Source: Barthelona sp. PCE
Lineage: Eukaryota
Length of the DNA stretch: 64,000 bases
NCBI GenBank assembly: GCA_040285745.1
Contig: JAUFOR010000008.1
Span: forward strand, 1,922,001 to 1,986,000
Reading direction: 5' to 3'
A model generated the notes under the pieces. It was not told where the DNA came from. It saw only the letters and a list, made by a program, of their open reading frames with translations, and did no database searches. A program made the translations under genes and the position numbers. Shown one piece after another: positions 1 through 11,242 of this stretch (position 1 is its first letter; every line of letters begins with the position of its first letter).

Positions 1-3000
1 AATAGACTGACTGGTCTTCTTCAGTATAACCTGTTCCTCCAATGTAAATGCGTCAAGAACGATACACTTGCCGTTGTTTGTACACGCAATTAGGTATGAA
101 CCGAATAGCGTTGTGCATGTCAAGTTATGCACATTTGTTGATATTATGTGGTGACCATTATACGTAAACAATGTCACTAAACCACTCTTGTAGACCACAA
201 TGAAGTAATTCTCGAGCGTGAATATTTCGTGGACAGGGTCAGTGACCTGTAAATCGATGCATCTCAGAAGACGGCCTGAAAATAAAGAATGTATGAGGAT
301 AGAACCATCAATAGCTCCTGAAATGACAACGTCCAGATCGAATGACGCCTTGACAGCGCTGATCCCATCGTTGTGACCCAGCAGCATGTGTAGAGGGCGA
401 GATAAGACCATTCCCTGATGTAATTGCCAGACGTAGCATGATGTATCCATCGATCCTGTAATGAGGAATCGCGACTTCTCATCGAAGCTAACAGCAGTGA
501 CGGGTGCCCTGTGCATCGCGAGGGATTGAATCAAGTTTCCATTGTTGTAGTCAAACAGACGGACGCTTGAATCCCACAACCCACCAATAACAATTATGCC
601 AGCGTCATCGCAAACATCAAAGATACGGCGGCCCTTGTTCACGTCAATGAACTGACAAACGTGGTTTGGCCGGAGCGCTAGTAATACTTTATGGTAGTTG
701 TGTTGGAAATGGAGTGGGAGCGCTTCTTCAAAATTACTGTGATTGACAATAGCGGCTGCCTCAATCTTGTGCATACATATCCACATGTCACGAGTAACAC
801 TCAAAAGAATATCGTTTTTGAATCGTATACCATCGGCAAGATCTGTACTGAACGAGAAGATGGGCTTTATGCTGGTGATATTTGGCACAAACGCATCAGT
901 ACGCTCATTTAGCGGCAGACGCTGAACATGGGGTGTATCCAGCAGTAGTGTTGGAGTTTGGCCGAAGGAGAGAAGTTCTTCCACCGACGGTTTCCATTCA
1001 CCCTTGAAGTCTGCAGCGTATGTTGCAGGCTTGAACAGGTTCTTTGCCTCACGAGCAGCCTCTCCACGCGACTGGTGACCGAATATTAAATCAATCCAAC
1101 GGTGGAGGTTGGCGCTTACATACTCGCTCTCAAGTGCAGCACGCATCGTTCGAATGAATGTATGCGGTGAGCCCTTGGCCCACGGCGGAAGATGCACATT
1201 ACTTATGTCAAGGATCTCACCCTCTGGTGTCTCCACGTCGCCGAAGAAAATGTTGTTTCCATTTAGCAGACAGTCGACCAAGTAGTAAAATTCGGGGATC
1301 AACTCTCTGTTATCTGCCTGGCTCATATTAATGGTCTCGAAAGCATCCGATAGTGAGTGGAACAGACGGCTGGGGTGATCAAAATGTCCAGACTGGAACT
1401 TAACATGGAGAGTCATAAATGGCTCAAGGCGAACCAAGAAAAGCATTACATATGCAGGTGTGGAGTAGTGCGATCCGTGTTGGTACCTGAGTTCCGGATC
1501 TGGGTGCGTGTACGGGAAACGTTCATCTAATTTTGCGTACTTTGAAGGATCAAGTGCAGCCATTGGCTTACTCAAATCTCTAAAGATTTTGGGATCGGAT
1601 AGATCAAGATCCTCGCTCTCAAAGTCAACAATTGTCCACGGAAACACCGGGTATTGTCCCAATGAGTTGTAGGATCGTCCTGAAAGTGTATTAAGGTGCA
1701 TAATGTAGTCGAAGTTCGAAATATCACCGCGTTGCCACGCTTCAGTCATCGCAGAATTCTCAAAGGCGTCCATTGCATTTAGAGGCACGACATTCAGTTT
1801 TGTTAGGGCCATACCGTTGATACGCTTCCAAAAGAGATCTCTCTTCTTTTTGGAGTCAAAACTGATGAAGTAACTCGCACGCGTCTCGAGGAAAAGCTCA
1901 ACTGCTGTGGGGTGAGCAAGGTAGTTGCGCGGGTACACGTGTCTGATGTGCTCTAAATCCACATGGAAGTCAGATGCAACGGTGATCTGTGTTGAATCAA
2001 GACTTAGTGCCTTTGACCGCTCCATTTCGCTCTCGCTCAAGTTTCGAGCGCTAACAAAGCGCAGGCTGGTCTTGCTCAACGAAAGGGTGCCGGGGGTTAC
2101 ATGTGAAACCAGAATCAAATCGCACGTGTCCTTGAATATAATATCCCCGCTCAACTCAAACAGTTCTTCCTCATTAACAACGTTCTCATTAAACGTTGTC
2201 AGCACAGAGTCAACATTGTTCTGATCGCTGACGTCCTCCTCAGTCTTCTTTCTACGGTTGGCTACATCTCGCCTGTATTCGTCATAGGACTCTCCCTTGT
2301 GGTTTGAAGCACTACTGCTCTCAACAAGACGGAGACGACGTCTATTTGAGGTCTCGTGTGGGTCGATCTCATAGAGTTTGGGCTCCGGCTCCTTCTGCGT
2401 CAAGGGAACGAGTTCTTCCTGAGAAGTACTGTCGAAAAAGCCCAGATGCGAGACGTGGAGATCTCTGAACTCTGGTGAATCATCAATATCAAAATGGCAT
2501 GCGAGCTTTAAAACGCTTGGAATGGGAATACTGCGGAAGATCACGGGTGACCAGGGTGCACGATCAGAGAGAACAACTGAAAGGATGTTTCGCCAAGCAG
2601 AGTTGACTCTCAAAAACAATTCCTGTGCAAAAACACGATCGTTCTCCATCAGTGCTGTGTTTGAACGGATGATTGAGTTTGCGCATTTATCGAACGTCTC
2701 AGCTGCCTGGGTGACACCACTGACAACAGTTTGTGATTGTCTGATGATCTTTCGGCTTAGGTTTGAAATATAACCCGGATAGATGCGGAATATTTCTGGT
2801 GATAGAATGAAAAAGAACTCGCCAAAAGATGAAAGTACATCAATCTCCGTTTTATCTTTTGATACAAGATTGAAAATATGCTTCTTTCGATTCAATTTCT
2901 TCTGAGAGAAAACTTCCAATACATCGGTTTCCAACCGCTCGTAGTACCCATTAATGAAACAGCCTACAAACTTGAAAGTAGAAGCGGTATTCAACAACGA

Positions 3001-6000
3001 TACGAGATCAAGGCCGTCATCCATCTCCTCGGTTTCAGATGGTGAAGCGAGAAGTTGAGTTTGTAGCTTGAGATGTGACCGCTTAAACAACATGCGTTCA
3101 GAGTCGTCCTCTTTGTGTACGGGGGACGTTGTTGAGCGATCCTCGGTTGGTGTGTCAAACTCTATACAGCTATCTGAGCCCACTGTGAGTGGGTTTTCGA
3201 TCTCTTTAAATGCATTGACGTCTGGTACCAATTCTAGTCTTGGTATCTTTGAAAACCGTGAAAAGAAAGTACTGCGGACTGTCAGGTAGTCCATCAAGAA
3301 ATCATAGAAAAGAAAGACAAGCTTCTGGAGCATACGGTGGATCAGTTGAATGCGTTTGAATGCATCAGTCTTACCAATGAAGATTCCATACTGTTTCAGA
3401 AGGCTGCTGTTTAAGGAGCCACTCGGGGAGTACCGTGTGCCGATCACCTTGAGATAGTGGTTGAGCAACGTGAACATTGTGCCCAATGTCGCCAAGATGA
3501 AATCAGTTCCCAGCCGTAATGCCATTTCCTTCACCAGCATGAAGAACTCTAGCAGATCGTTCAAAACGTTACGGAAGACCTCATAGCTGACTGTGTGATC
3601 CAATAGGAGCTCAAAGGAATTGAAAAGATAGATACTCGCTGTATTACCTTCGGGTAACAATGCCTTCATTGTTGAGCCCAGCCCCAAACCACTGAGATCG
3701 TGATTTGCATGCAGAGTGAGGTCGTCAAGTAACTGAGTCAGCTGCATTCTGATCTTTGTCGTTGAGACACCACATTCAAGTAAAATAGCAATGATCTTTG
3801 TGTACCCCACATACGTTGGGATCTGATGCGATACGATGTCAGGCAGTGAGCTTGCGTCGAAGTCATAGGAAACAGGGTGGGCGTGGGTAGGGTTCTCACG
3901 ACGGGGTTCCTCTTCTTCACAGATTCGAACCAGGAAGAATGAGTTCTCAGTTTCAAGTTCATCAACCTGCAGTGAATAAGTCTCTAGCGTTCTAAAAACT
4001 GCCTCCATCTGGCGCAGTTCCAGCGTGACATTATCGCCCGTGTTGATAGCTTCAAGACCTTCACTTAGTGTGATTAGTCGATCAGCATATGTGATGAGAG
4101 CAAAACAATTGTCAGCATACGGACTGGCCAGCTGTAGCTTTAGCATCGGGGCATCATCGCGTGCGCTTGTGAGCAGCTTACTGATGATTGCCCGCTGTAC
4201 AAACAGTGGATTAAGCTCGTTCTTAATACCATAATAGAATACGCTCTGCATGAATCGACGGAAGTGTGCAATATTACTCTTTGCATCACTCATTATGCAA
4301 TGGAGGCTTGCAGAAAATGCCTTGAGTAAGAATTCAAACACAACATTTGCATCATGGATGAATGTTGAGTCGAGTAGCTTGAACTTGTCAGGTTTTTTTT
4401 CGCTCTTTTTGGGCTTCTGCGTCCACCTTTCGATATTCTTATTACTGATACAGTGCGAGTACTGATGCTCAAAATGGGGATCGGCAAACGTATTAATGAT
4501 AGGATCTGTATCACACTCAAAAAACATGGTATATGTATCTTCGTCAGTCATCATACTCTCTGTCAGTTGATATCCTCTATATTTCAGAAGACGGACTGGT
4601 AAAAAAAGCAAGCTGAAGAAGTAAGGCTCCCAATGTACACTATTAACAAGAAGCTTTGATGCTGCGTCCTCTGAGCTGACAATGAGAAGACATAGCTCTT
4701 GTGCACCCTGCAAAAGGGTTCTACGCAGGAATGTAAGCTCTTCAAAGTCCTCGTTACCCTCATCCAGGTGGATTCCCTCCATGATGAGCGTCTCGATGCT
4801 CTTTTGAGTGCCATACAATGTGGCAATGTATATAGGAAGCAGTTCAGAAAGGACGATAGGCACCTGCATATTGTAAAGAGATCCAAAGTCCTGATCAGGG
4901 TCATATACACTCACATGTCCCTGTAGCGTGAAGAATATGTGCTTCACAGCTGGCAGAGACCATGAATAGTGAGAGAATGAGCTTGAAATATGTAGCACAA
5001 ATTGATCTGTGTTCTTGAGATCGTTTGCCATTTTTGGATGCTCTCTGCACATGAACTGATACAGAAAAACAATGATGTCGAAGCCTAGTGTGCGCACCAT
5101 CTCGTTTTCGCACTCAAGAAGCGATATGATGAGACCGACACCGTCTATTTGAACCAGGCACTCATAAAAGTCTGTTCGATTATTGGCCAACATGCGTGCT
5201 ATAAAGAAGAGGAAGTCGTGGACATCATACGGATACTTTGATCCAATAATTGTGCCGAAAACTGCTTGGAGGAACTCTGTTGTACACTGACATTGCTCAA
5301 GGTTGAAGCACAAGTCTAAAATGTCAAATATGACGGACCTGCAGTTTTTCACAGACGTCAGGTCACACCGAAACGCATCGTAATCTCTACCATCAAACTG
5401 CAAAAATATGTTTTCATGGCCGAATATAGTGCGTAATAATCTGATTAGAGGAAGGAGATTGATCTCATTAAAGAAGAGAGTCGTGAGCTTCTCATCCGCT
5501 AGCAACCTTGTGTACAGCGCGTTTACCATCTGGTAACGCAACTCATATGTTGGCAGATGACGCAACAGTCGTTGGTTGAGGAAGAAAGCATTGATAGTTT
5601 GCACCAGTAGACGTTCATTAGCCATACTCAAGAAATCACTCAAACAATTACATATCATTGCATTAAAATGTACAGTTGACGATGACTCGAAAACTCGCGC
5701 AATTATATAGGGACCATCCATAAGCTGGAAGGTGTTTTGGGCAGAGGGTGAGTGCCTTAGCAGAGACAAAAAGACGTTGAGAACGGCATTTAGGACAACA
5801 TCACTGTGAAGATTCAACATCTCCTTCTCAGCAAAAGAAAGCGAACTTGTCCACTTACTTTCTGGTAGTTCTTTGCACTCTTCTTCTGGCTGAATGAGAA
5901 ACCTCTCACGAGGGAGGTCCAACTGTGTGATGATGGGGAAGAGGAGCGCAAGGCCACCAATCGAAAAGATGATCTGACTCACATCTTGTGTTTGGACGAT

Positions 6001-9000
6001 TGTTACTCCAAATAGGTCCAGATCAACATCTAGGTTGCCAGTAAACGGCTTAAAGTTTGCCTTTTTCGTTGAGAAAAGAGCAGAGAACGCAAAGCACAAC
6101 GATTTTCGAACTTCATCAGTGAGGATGAACTCAAATGAATTGCAGTTGACGTTAGAATCGAACTGATATGCAGTAAAAAGTGTCTGTGGGTCAAAGTTGT
6201 GAATGTAATTAGGTCCAAGCGCATACAATTGCTCAATCTGGATAACAGAGAACACCGAATCAAACATCAACATTGAGGCAATACGACCGCAAAAAGAGTG
6301 CTCGAGCACACTGCGCCCGTCAACAAGGCAAGAGCCATAGACGAGGTTGACATCGTTGTGACGGAATGATGGATACTGGATATGCTTACCAGGGCCCAAC
6401 TGTGCACCGTTTAAGAATAATGAAAGCACACAGTTACGACTGAACGATTTTCTTTCCAGCATGACACACATATGGTACCATTTATCAAGTTCAATTTTGT
6501 ATTTTTGACTGTGACGCTCTGAACCATACTGAATTATGATTGCATTTTTCTGGAGATGTACCATAAACAAGTCCTCAAGCGGAGCATCAGCCTCGCCCAT
6601 GCAAAAGATACACGGCTTGGTGCTATCGCTACGGAAGTAGTCGACGGAAAACCAAAGAGAGAACACCATATGCTCGCTTGGAATCATTGCCTTTGTGAGG
6701 TTCTCCATTGTGATGAAGCTAGCTGAAGAAACACTTGCGTCACCGAAGCGGAAAAAAGATATTGGCTGAATACTGCGATCAAAGAGATTTCTCAGTATTG
6801 ATATCAGGAAGGCATAGTCCTTTCGCAAATACGAGAAGGTGTTGCCATTTGAATCACTTTCATGTGCGGTTTGGAGCATACTGAAGAATAGCTTAAACTC
6901 TTTAGCGCTAACATAGAATGACATGAGGCCCTCCACAAGCGAGAAGAGCAAGCGGACAGATTGGACAGACATGCGGTACAGCTTCTCTTCCTCTGTCAAT
7001 AAACCTGTTGGGAGCAATGTGAGTTCAGACTGGGTTGGGGTGGCTGGAATGACACCGCCCATTGCTGGGAGAACTCTTCGCAACATGAGAAGCGCCTTGT
7101 GGCACAACTCGTGCTTGCACGCTGCTGATCTGTTTTCAGTGGAGAGCATGATGTTATGCAGATAAAGCTCGATAACTATCTCGTGGAGATCTATGTTAGT
7201 CAACGGGAAAAGGTCAAACACTGTGTGCACGGCATCCCAGTTGACGAGAGGTACGTGGCTTCCCGGTTGCATATTATTCTTTAGAATCTCAATGAGTTCA
7301 TCATGTTCCAGGTGGATCATATTATTGTGCAGTGGGAATGCTCCGCTTGTACAAAGGGAAAAAAGACAGACGGACACGAATGCATCAATGCGTCCAACGC
7401 GTTGCACTAAGATGGTTTTGAAATTTTCATAAGTGAATGAAGATCTGAAAAAAACCTGATTCTCTTCGTTGTCGTTTAGCAGAAATACAAACATCTTGAA
7501 AATAAGAAGAAAGACAGCCTTGTCCTCTGCGAAGCTTGAGACTAAAAGATTCATCAGGAACAGAAAGAACCTTGAGTCACGCATTGTCTTCTGAAAAAAT
7601 GGTTTGTTCTTCAGAACAATGAGCGACAGGAAAGAAAGGTTATCAATCACAAACCCGGTCAAATCCGTGTTCTGTGTTGTGGTTTCAACCATCAGAAAAT
7701 CAATATAAGATGAGAAAAACTGCCTGATCGTTTCTGTATCATTGGAGTACGAAAGGGTCTCAAAAAGAGGTGTGATGTTGAATAAGATCGATGGCCTAAA
7801 GAAGTGAATGTTGAGTATGTTAAAGATGCAATTGCGGAAGGCAAAATCACTTGCACTTAGCAGTTGGTATTGTGAATCAACAAGCAAAGCATTTTGCAGT
7901 TTCATGAGCATGAACACGCATGCAAACGTTGAGATCTTCACTGATAATGGGTTGTCCGGAAAGACAGAGTGCAGTTGCTGGTTAATGGGACAGATCCTCC
8001 ACGAGAGGATTTCTCCATCTTTCTGTACGCGTAGCAGCGTATTAAACACATGAGTCTCAATGGAATCCCGCCATTCACTGACAAAAATGGTATTGATCAA
8101 TGTGGAAAGAACAGTGGAAATTATTGGAGCAGAGTTGAGCGCAAGATGAACACCTTTCATCTCCGAGTTGCGACAAAGACACCACACCAAAAGGATGCTA
8201 CTTACATCCAAAGTCAGTTGTGGTGACATGCCATCAACCATTCCAAGGAGTTTGTTAACGAGATTAAAGTTATTGAACCATTGCAGAGAAAAGATAATGA
8301 GTTCAATGCACTGTTGATAGAGAATAGGACTGTACTGCGATCCAAATTCTGTGCGGAAAGACCCAGCCATTGTACTTGACAAGAGGAATTTCTCAAACTC
8401 GCATTCAGCAAGAGCTTGAGCACAGTGCGCTTTTGGCAGACAATCGCCAATAATATTCAGCGCAACGTATTGTACTTCAAGTGATGGGGCACCATCGAAC
8501 TGATGCACGAACTCGATTATCATTTTGAATGTTCGCACTAACAAATCGTGCTTAAGTTCACTATCCCACTCTGTATTCTCTGAAATGAACCAAATAAACT
8601 CTCGTATCCTCATGTATAGCCACTCAAGGTATTCGCTCTCATATTCCTTCTGTTTTGTGTTGAACTGTGAGAAGCGTGGGAGTGTTACGTTCTCTGGCTT
8701 TGAAAAAACATCTCGACTCAGATATTCAACGTCATTCACCTCATCTTGTATAGATTTCAGGTTGAATGTAGATAGAGATGCCTCGCTCTTGTTTATAACA
8801 ATTGCAGTGTTTATGACTTGAACAGAACTAGCACGTTTGAGCAGAGATGTTAAGACTGGTTTCATTCCTGTGTAAACAACAAAAATATCACCATCAAGGT
8901 CGAAATTATAGTCCATATTGTACCTGAAAAAGTGTGATCCTTCTAATAATACAATGAAAGTATCAGAAAAATCTGCAAAAAACTGTGATAGTTTTGGAAA

Positions 9001-10254
9001 ACCATCCAAATTGATGAAATGATTGCGACAATCATCGTGCAGGCACAGAAACCTAACAATTGCTAGAATAGATGAGAAATAAGAAGTTATCTCATCGCAA
9101 AATGTAAAGTCTTTCTTTGACGAACCGCATTCTTTCCACTCAATTTTAAATGCTTCAATCTGATGGAGACAATGGATGTCATCTTTGAAATTCATGAAAT
9201 GGTCCAGCAAAGTGAGCATACTACTTGAGTTGAAACTTATTGTTGTGAGACCATGATGTCTGATCAAAAGTCTTCCAATTGTTTCAACAAAAGTCAACCG
9301 CAATCTCCACGTCTCCTTATCGTATCTAGTCCAATATATGGTCCTGAATGCATCAAACAAACGGATCAAAACATGGATACCACTGCAGTTACTCAGAATT
9401 TCCATTGCTGGGTGCATTTCGCTGCTTGGCCAGTCAACAGCCCAGTTGAAAACTGGTGCAGCTATCTGTATAAACTTACAGTATTCCACAGCAACACCGA
9501 TGCACATGCTTAAACAAGCAGAATGTAATACACCATTGAAAACTACACTGTCTTCCGGCTGATATGCGATGAACTTGCTCATTTGAACAAGAAGAGGCTT
9601 CATCAGTTCAGCTATTTCCATGTAAAACTTCTCCAGCACTTGGACTAAATCTTTCTGTGCTTGGTTAACATGGAATGAACTGTTGAACCCTTCTCCAACA
9701 GCCTCTGCACCACGATAGGTTACCCATAGAGAAGGAAACTCCATAGAATAAAACAAAAGATTGACGAATCGCAGTGATTCCAGACAGGATTCCAAAAGTT
9801 CTATGTATGGTTCAGCCTTGTACATTAAACCGTATGGATCTTCGCACATAGGGCGAAATTCCTCCCCCAGCATGATTTCCAACTCATCAAATGGCTTAAC
9901 ATCCCTGGGGAAGGAACCATTTTTGAAAAGTGGGTCACTCGGTATAACTAATACCTTTCTAATACAACAAACAAGACTCTTTATGCCAATTAGATAGCAA
10001 TCTAAAAACTCTTTATCATCAAGTATGACTATTTCGCTTGGAATCAAATTAAAGAACGCGTTATAACTCTTAGAGAACTTGACAAACTTGCTAATCATCG
10101 TTGACGGTTCTGGGCAATCCAGATAATCATCCCACGCTGACATTAGATCATTGTTGTGCAAGAAAAAACTGGGATTCGGTCTATAATCGAATTTGCGATT
10201 TTCAGCATCGGTAGATACCGGTGTCCTTGAAAACAATCTTGCAAAGAAACTCAT
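1..10254 (-). CDS. BEACH-domain protein (neurobeachin/LRBA/Lvs-like: ConA-like, PH, BEACH, WD40), >3418 aa, C-terminus beyond the left edge
   Basis: Manual translation of the minus-strand frame from ATG at 10254 (MSFFARLFSRTPVS...). BEACH motifs at about 960-1750: GRSYNSLGQYPVFPW, FRDLSKPM, HGSHYSTP, FQSGHFDHPSRLF, RELIPEFYY, LPPWA, ALESEYVSANLHRWIDLIFG, FGQTP. WD40-like GGLWDSSVRLFD lies downstream. The ORF track lists no ORF in this frame, consistent with no stop codon before the window edge. Confidence 0.93.
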   Translation of the reverse strand, partial: MSFFARLFSRTPVSTDAENRKFDYRPNPSFFLHNNDLMSAWDDYLDCPEPSTMISKFVKFSKSYNAFFNLIPSEIVILDDKEFLDCYLIGIKSLVCCIRKVLVIPSDPLFKNGSFPRDVKPFDELEIMLGEEFRPMCEDPYGLMYKAEPYIELLESCLESLRFVNLLFYSMEFPSLWVTYRGAEAVGEGFNSSFHVNQAQKDLVQVLEKFYMEIAELMKPLLVQMSKFIAYQPEDSVVFNGVLHSACLSMCIGVAVEYCKFIQIAAPVFNWAVDWPSSEMHPAMEILSNCSGIHVLIRLFDAFRTIYWTRYDKETWRLRLTFVETIGRLLIRHHGLTTISFNSSSMLTLLDHFMNFKDDIHCLHQIEAFKIEWKECGSSKKDFTFCDEITSYFSSILAIVRFLCLHDDCRNHFINLDGFPKLSQFFADFSDTFIVLLEGSHFFRYNMDYNFDLDGDIFVVYTGMKPVLTSLLKRASSVQVINTAIVINKSEASLSTFNLKSIQDEVNDVEYLSRDVFSKPENVTLPRFSQFNTKQKEYESEYLEWLYMRIREFIWFISENTEWDSELKHDLLVRTFKMIIEFVHQFDGAPSLEVQYVALNIIGDCLPKAHCAQALAECEFEKFLLSSTMAGSFRTEFGSQYSPILYQQCIELIIFSLQWFNNFNLVNKLLGMVDGMSPQLTLDVSSILLVWCLCRNSEMKGVHLALNSAPIISTVLSTLINTIFVSEWRDSIETHVFNTLLRVQKDGEILSWRICPINQQLHSVFPDNPLSVKISTFACVFMLMKLQNALLVDSQYQLLSASDFAFRNCIFNILNIHFFRPSILFNITPLFETLSYSNDTETIRQFFSSYIDFLMVETTTQNTDLTGFVIDNLSFLSLIVLKNKPFFQKTMRDSRFFLFLMNLLVSSFAEDKAVFLLIFKMFVFLLNDNEENQVFFRSSFTYENFKTILVQRVGRIDAFVSVCLFSLCTSGAFPLHNNMIHLEHDELIEILKNNMQPGSHVPLVNWDAVHTVFDLFPLTNIDLHEIVIELYLHNIMLSTENRSAACKHELCHKALLMLRRVLPAMGGVIPATPTQSELTLLPTGLLTEEEKLYRMSVQSVRLLFSLVEGLMSFYVSAKEFKLFFSMLQTAHESDSNGNTFSYLRKDYAFLISILRNLFDRSIQPISFFRFGDASVSSASFITMENLTKAMIPSEHMVFSLWFSVDYFRSDSTKPCIFCMGEADAPLEDLFMVHLQKNAIIIQYGSERHSQKYKIELDKWYHMCVMLERKSFSRNCVLSLFLNGAQLGPGKHIQYPSFRHNDVNLVYGSCLVDGRSVLEHSFCGRIASMLMFDSVFSVIQIEQLYALGPNYIHNFDPQTLFTAYQFDSNVNCNSFEFILTDEVRKSLCFAFSALFSTKKANFKPFTGNLDVDLDLFGVTIVQTQDVSQIIFSIGGLALLFPIITQLDLPRERFLIQPEEECKELPESKWTSSLSFAEKEMLNLHSDVVLNAVLNVFLSLLRHSPSAQNTFQLMDGPYIIARVFESSSTVHFNAMICNCLSDFLSMANERLLVQTINAFFLNQRLLRHLPTYELRYQMVNALYTRLLADEKLTTLFFNEINLLPLIRLLRTIFGHENIFLQFDGRDYDAFRCDLTSVKNCRSVIFDILDLCFNLEQCQCTTEFLQAVFGTIIGSKYPYDVHDFLFFIARMLANNRTDFYECLVQIDGVGLIISLLECENEMVRTLGFDIIVFLYQFMCREHPKMANDLKNTDQFVLHISSSFSHYSWSLPAVKHIFFTLQGHVSVYDPDQDFGSLYNMQVPIVLSELLPIYIATLYGTQKSIETLIMEGIHLDEGNEDFEELTFLRRTLLQGAQELCLLIVSSEDAASKLLVNSVHWEPYFFSLLFLPVRLLKYRGYQLTESMMTDEDTYTMFFECDTDPIINTFADPHFEHQYSHCISNKNIERWTQKPKKSEKKPDKFKLLDSTFIHDANVVFEFLLKAFSASLHCIMSDAKSNIAHFRRFMQSVFYYGIKNELNPLFVQRAIISKLLTSARDDAPMLKLQLASPYADNCFALITYADRLITLSEGLEAINTGDNVTLELRQMEAVFRTLETYSLQVDELETENSFFLVRICEEEEPRRENPTHAHPVSYDFDASSLPDIVSHQIPTYVGYTKIIAILLECGVSTTKIRMQLTQLLDDLTLHANHDLSGLGLGSTMKALLPEGNTASIYLFNSFELLLDHTVSYEVFRNVLNDLLEFFMLVKEMALRLGTDFILATLGTMFTLLNHYLKVIGTRYSPSGSLNSSLLKQYGIFIGKTDAFKRIQLIHRMLQKLVFLFYDFLMDYLTVRSTFFSRFSKIPRLELVPDVNAFKEIENPLTVGSDSCIEFDTPTEDRSTTSPVHKEDDSERMLFKRSHLKLQTQLLASPSETEEMDDGLDLVSLLNTASTFKFVGCFINGYYERLETDVLEVFSQKKLNRKKHIFNLVSKDKTEIDVLSSFGEFFFILSPEIFRIYPGYISNLSRKIIRQSQTVVSGVTQAAETFDKCANSIIRSNTALMENDRVFAQELFLRVNSAWRNILSVVLSDRAPWSPVIFRSIPIPSVLKLACHFDIDDSPEFRDLHVSHLGFFDSTSQEELVPLTQKEPEPKLYEIDPHETSNRRRLRLVESSSASNHKGESYDEYRRDVANRRKKTEEDVSDQNNVDSVLTTFNENVVNEEELFELSGDIIFKDTCDLILVSHVTPGTLSLSKTSLRFVSARNLSESEMERSKALSLDSTQITVASDFHVDLEHIRHVYPRNYLAHPTAVELFLETRASYFISFDSKKKRDLFWKRINGMALTKLNVVPLNAMDAFENSAMTEAWQRGDISNFDYIMHLNTLSGRSYNSLGQYPVFPWTIVDFESEDLDLSDPKIFRDLSKPMAALDPSKYAKLDERFPYTHPDPELRYQHGSHYSTPAYVMLFLVRLEPFMTLHVKFQSGHFDHPSRLFHSLSDAFETINMSQADNRELIPEFYYLVDCLLNGNNIFFGDVETPEGEILDISNVHLPPWAKGSPHTFIRTMRAALESEYVSANLHRWIDLIFGHQSRGEAAREAKNLFKPATYAADFKGEWKPSVEELLSFGQTPTLLLDTPHVQRLPLNERTDAFVPNITSIKPIFSFSTDLADGIRFKNDILLSVTRDMWICMHKIEAAAIVNHSNFEEALPLHFQHNYHKVLLALRPNHVCQFIDVNKGRRIFDVCDDAGIIVIGGLWDSSVRLFDYNNGNLIQSLAMHRAPVTAVSFDEKSRFLITGSMDTSCYVWQLHQGMVLSRPLHMLLGHNDGISAVKASFDLDVVISGAIDGSILIHSLFSGRLLRCIDLQVTDPVHEIFTLENYFIVVYKSGLVTLFTYNGHHIISTNVHNLTCTTLFGSYLIACTNNGKCIVLDAFTLEEQVILKKTSQSI

Positions 10255-10480
10255 ATGCCCATGAATAAGGTAGATAGAGTGAAGAAAATGTATAACATTG
10301 ATATTGTCTCATTTTTGTTATTTTAAATTGTACATATGGGTAGATATTAGATGCCGTAGAAGAGTAAAGAGATTGATTTAGTCTAAATCTCATTCATTTT
10401 TTACCGGTCTTACTTCCAACAGTATTGGGATCGCGTTGATTGCACAATGTGAACAGCGAATTGTTATATCTTGTTTACTC

Positions 10481-11242
10481 CTAATCAATAACGATATATC
10501 TCTTCTGATTAATTTTCTCTTTTGCTAACGTGTTTCTTTGCCTACTATCAATGCAAGAAACAGCAATGGCCCTGTCAAGTGCCGTGTCCATGTCCAGCGC
10601 CATTGATGGTGGTGCTATACGTCTTGGTTTTGGCAAAACGAGCCTTTGACTCTGATTTTGAACTGTGTCTAACTGTGGTAACGGGGACTGTATATTTTGC
10701 ATGTTTAAAGTTGGACTGTCTTCCAGTTTGGGCGTGGGAGGATGTTGTACAAATGTTCCGTAACGAAGTACAGACTTATTCACCTGTTCCATAGCGCGTC
10801 TTCTATATTCAACTGTGTTTTCCCTATACATCTTGACAGCTGAGCCGTTTGCTGGGTCATCACAGTTTGGAGGCTGTGAGATCAGTGCCTGAACACCTCG
10901 AAGAATCTCAAAAACAGAGACACTTGGACGCCAGTCCTTTTCAACATTTAATAATGAAAGACAGGTGCTTCCAGACGAGGGATAAACGTTTACGTGAAAT
11001 AGATTTGGGAATGTGATTATCACACGACATGAATTTGCAGGAAAATCACTGTTAAAGTGTATTTTCACCTCTAATGTTGCCCCAGCGAAGTCCCCGTAGT
11101 GGATACGTATCTTTCCATTCCAAATAAAGAGATTTAATGAACCATCAACGTTTTGAACAGGGGAAGCGTTAATGTCATCATTTCCTTTCTTCTTCATGCG
11201 CTTCATCTCCTTACGCAATCTGCGAATCGCCAAAGTAGACAT
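10481..11242 (-). CDS. Ubc9-like E2 conjugating enzyme with a ~95-aa C-terminal extension
   Basis: UBC core with catalytic Cys in FHVNVYPSSGSTCLSLLNVEKDWRP. The NVDGSLNL insert, KDWRP and NTVEYRRRA match Ubc9-type signatures. Confidence 0.85.
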   Translation of the reverse strand: MSTLAIRRLRKEMKRMKKKGNDDINASPVQNVDGSLNLFIWNGKIRIHYGDFAGATLEVKIHFNSDFPANSCRVIITFPNLFHVNVYPSSGSTCLSLLNVEKDWRPSVSVFEILRGVQALISQPPNCDDPANGSAVKMYRENTVEYRRRAMEQVNKSVLRYGTFVQHPPTPKLEDSPTLNMQNIQSPLPQLDTVQNQSQRLVLPKPRRIAPPSMALDMDTALDRAIAVSCIDSRQRNTLAKEKINQKRYIVID

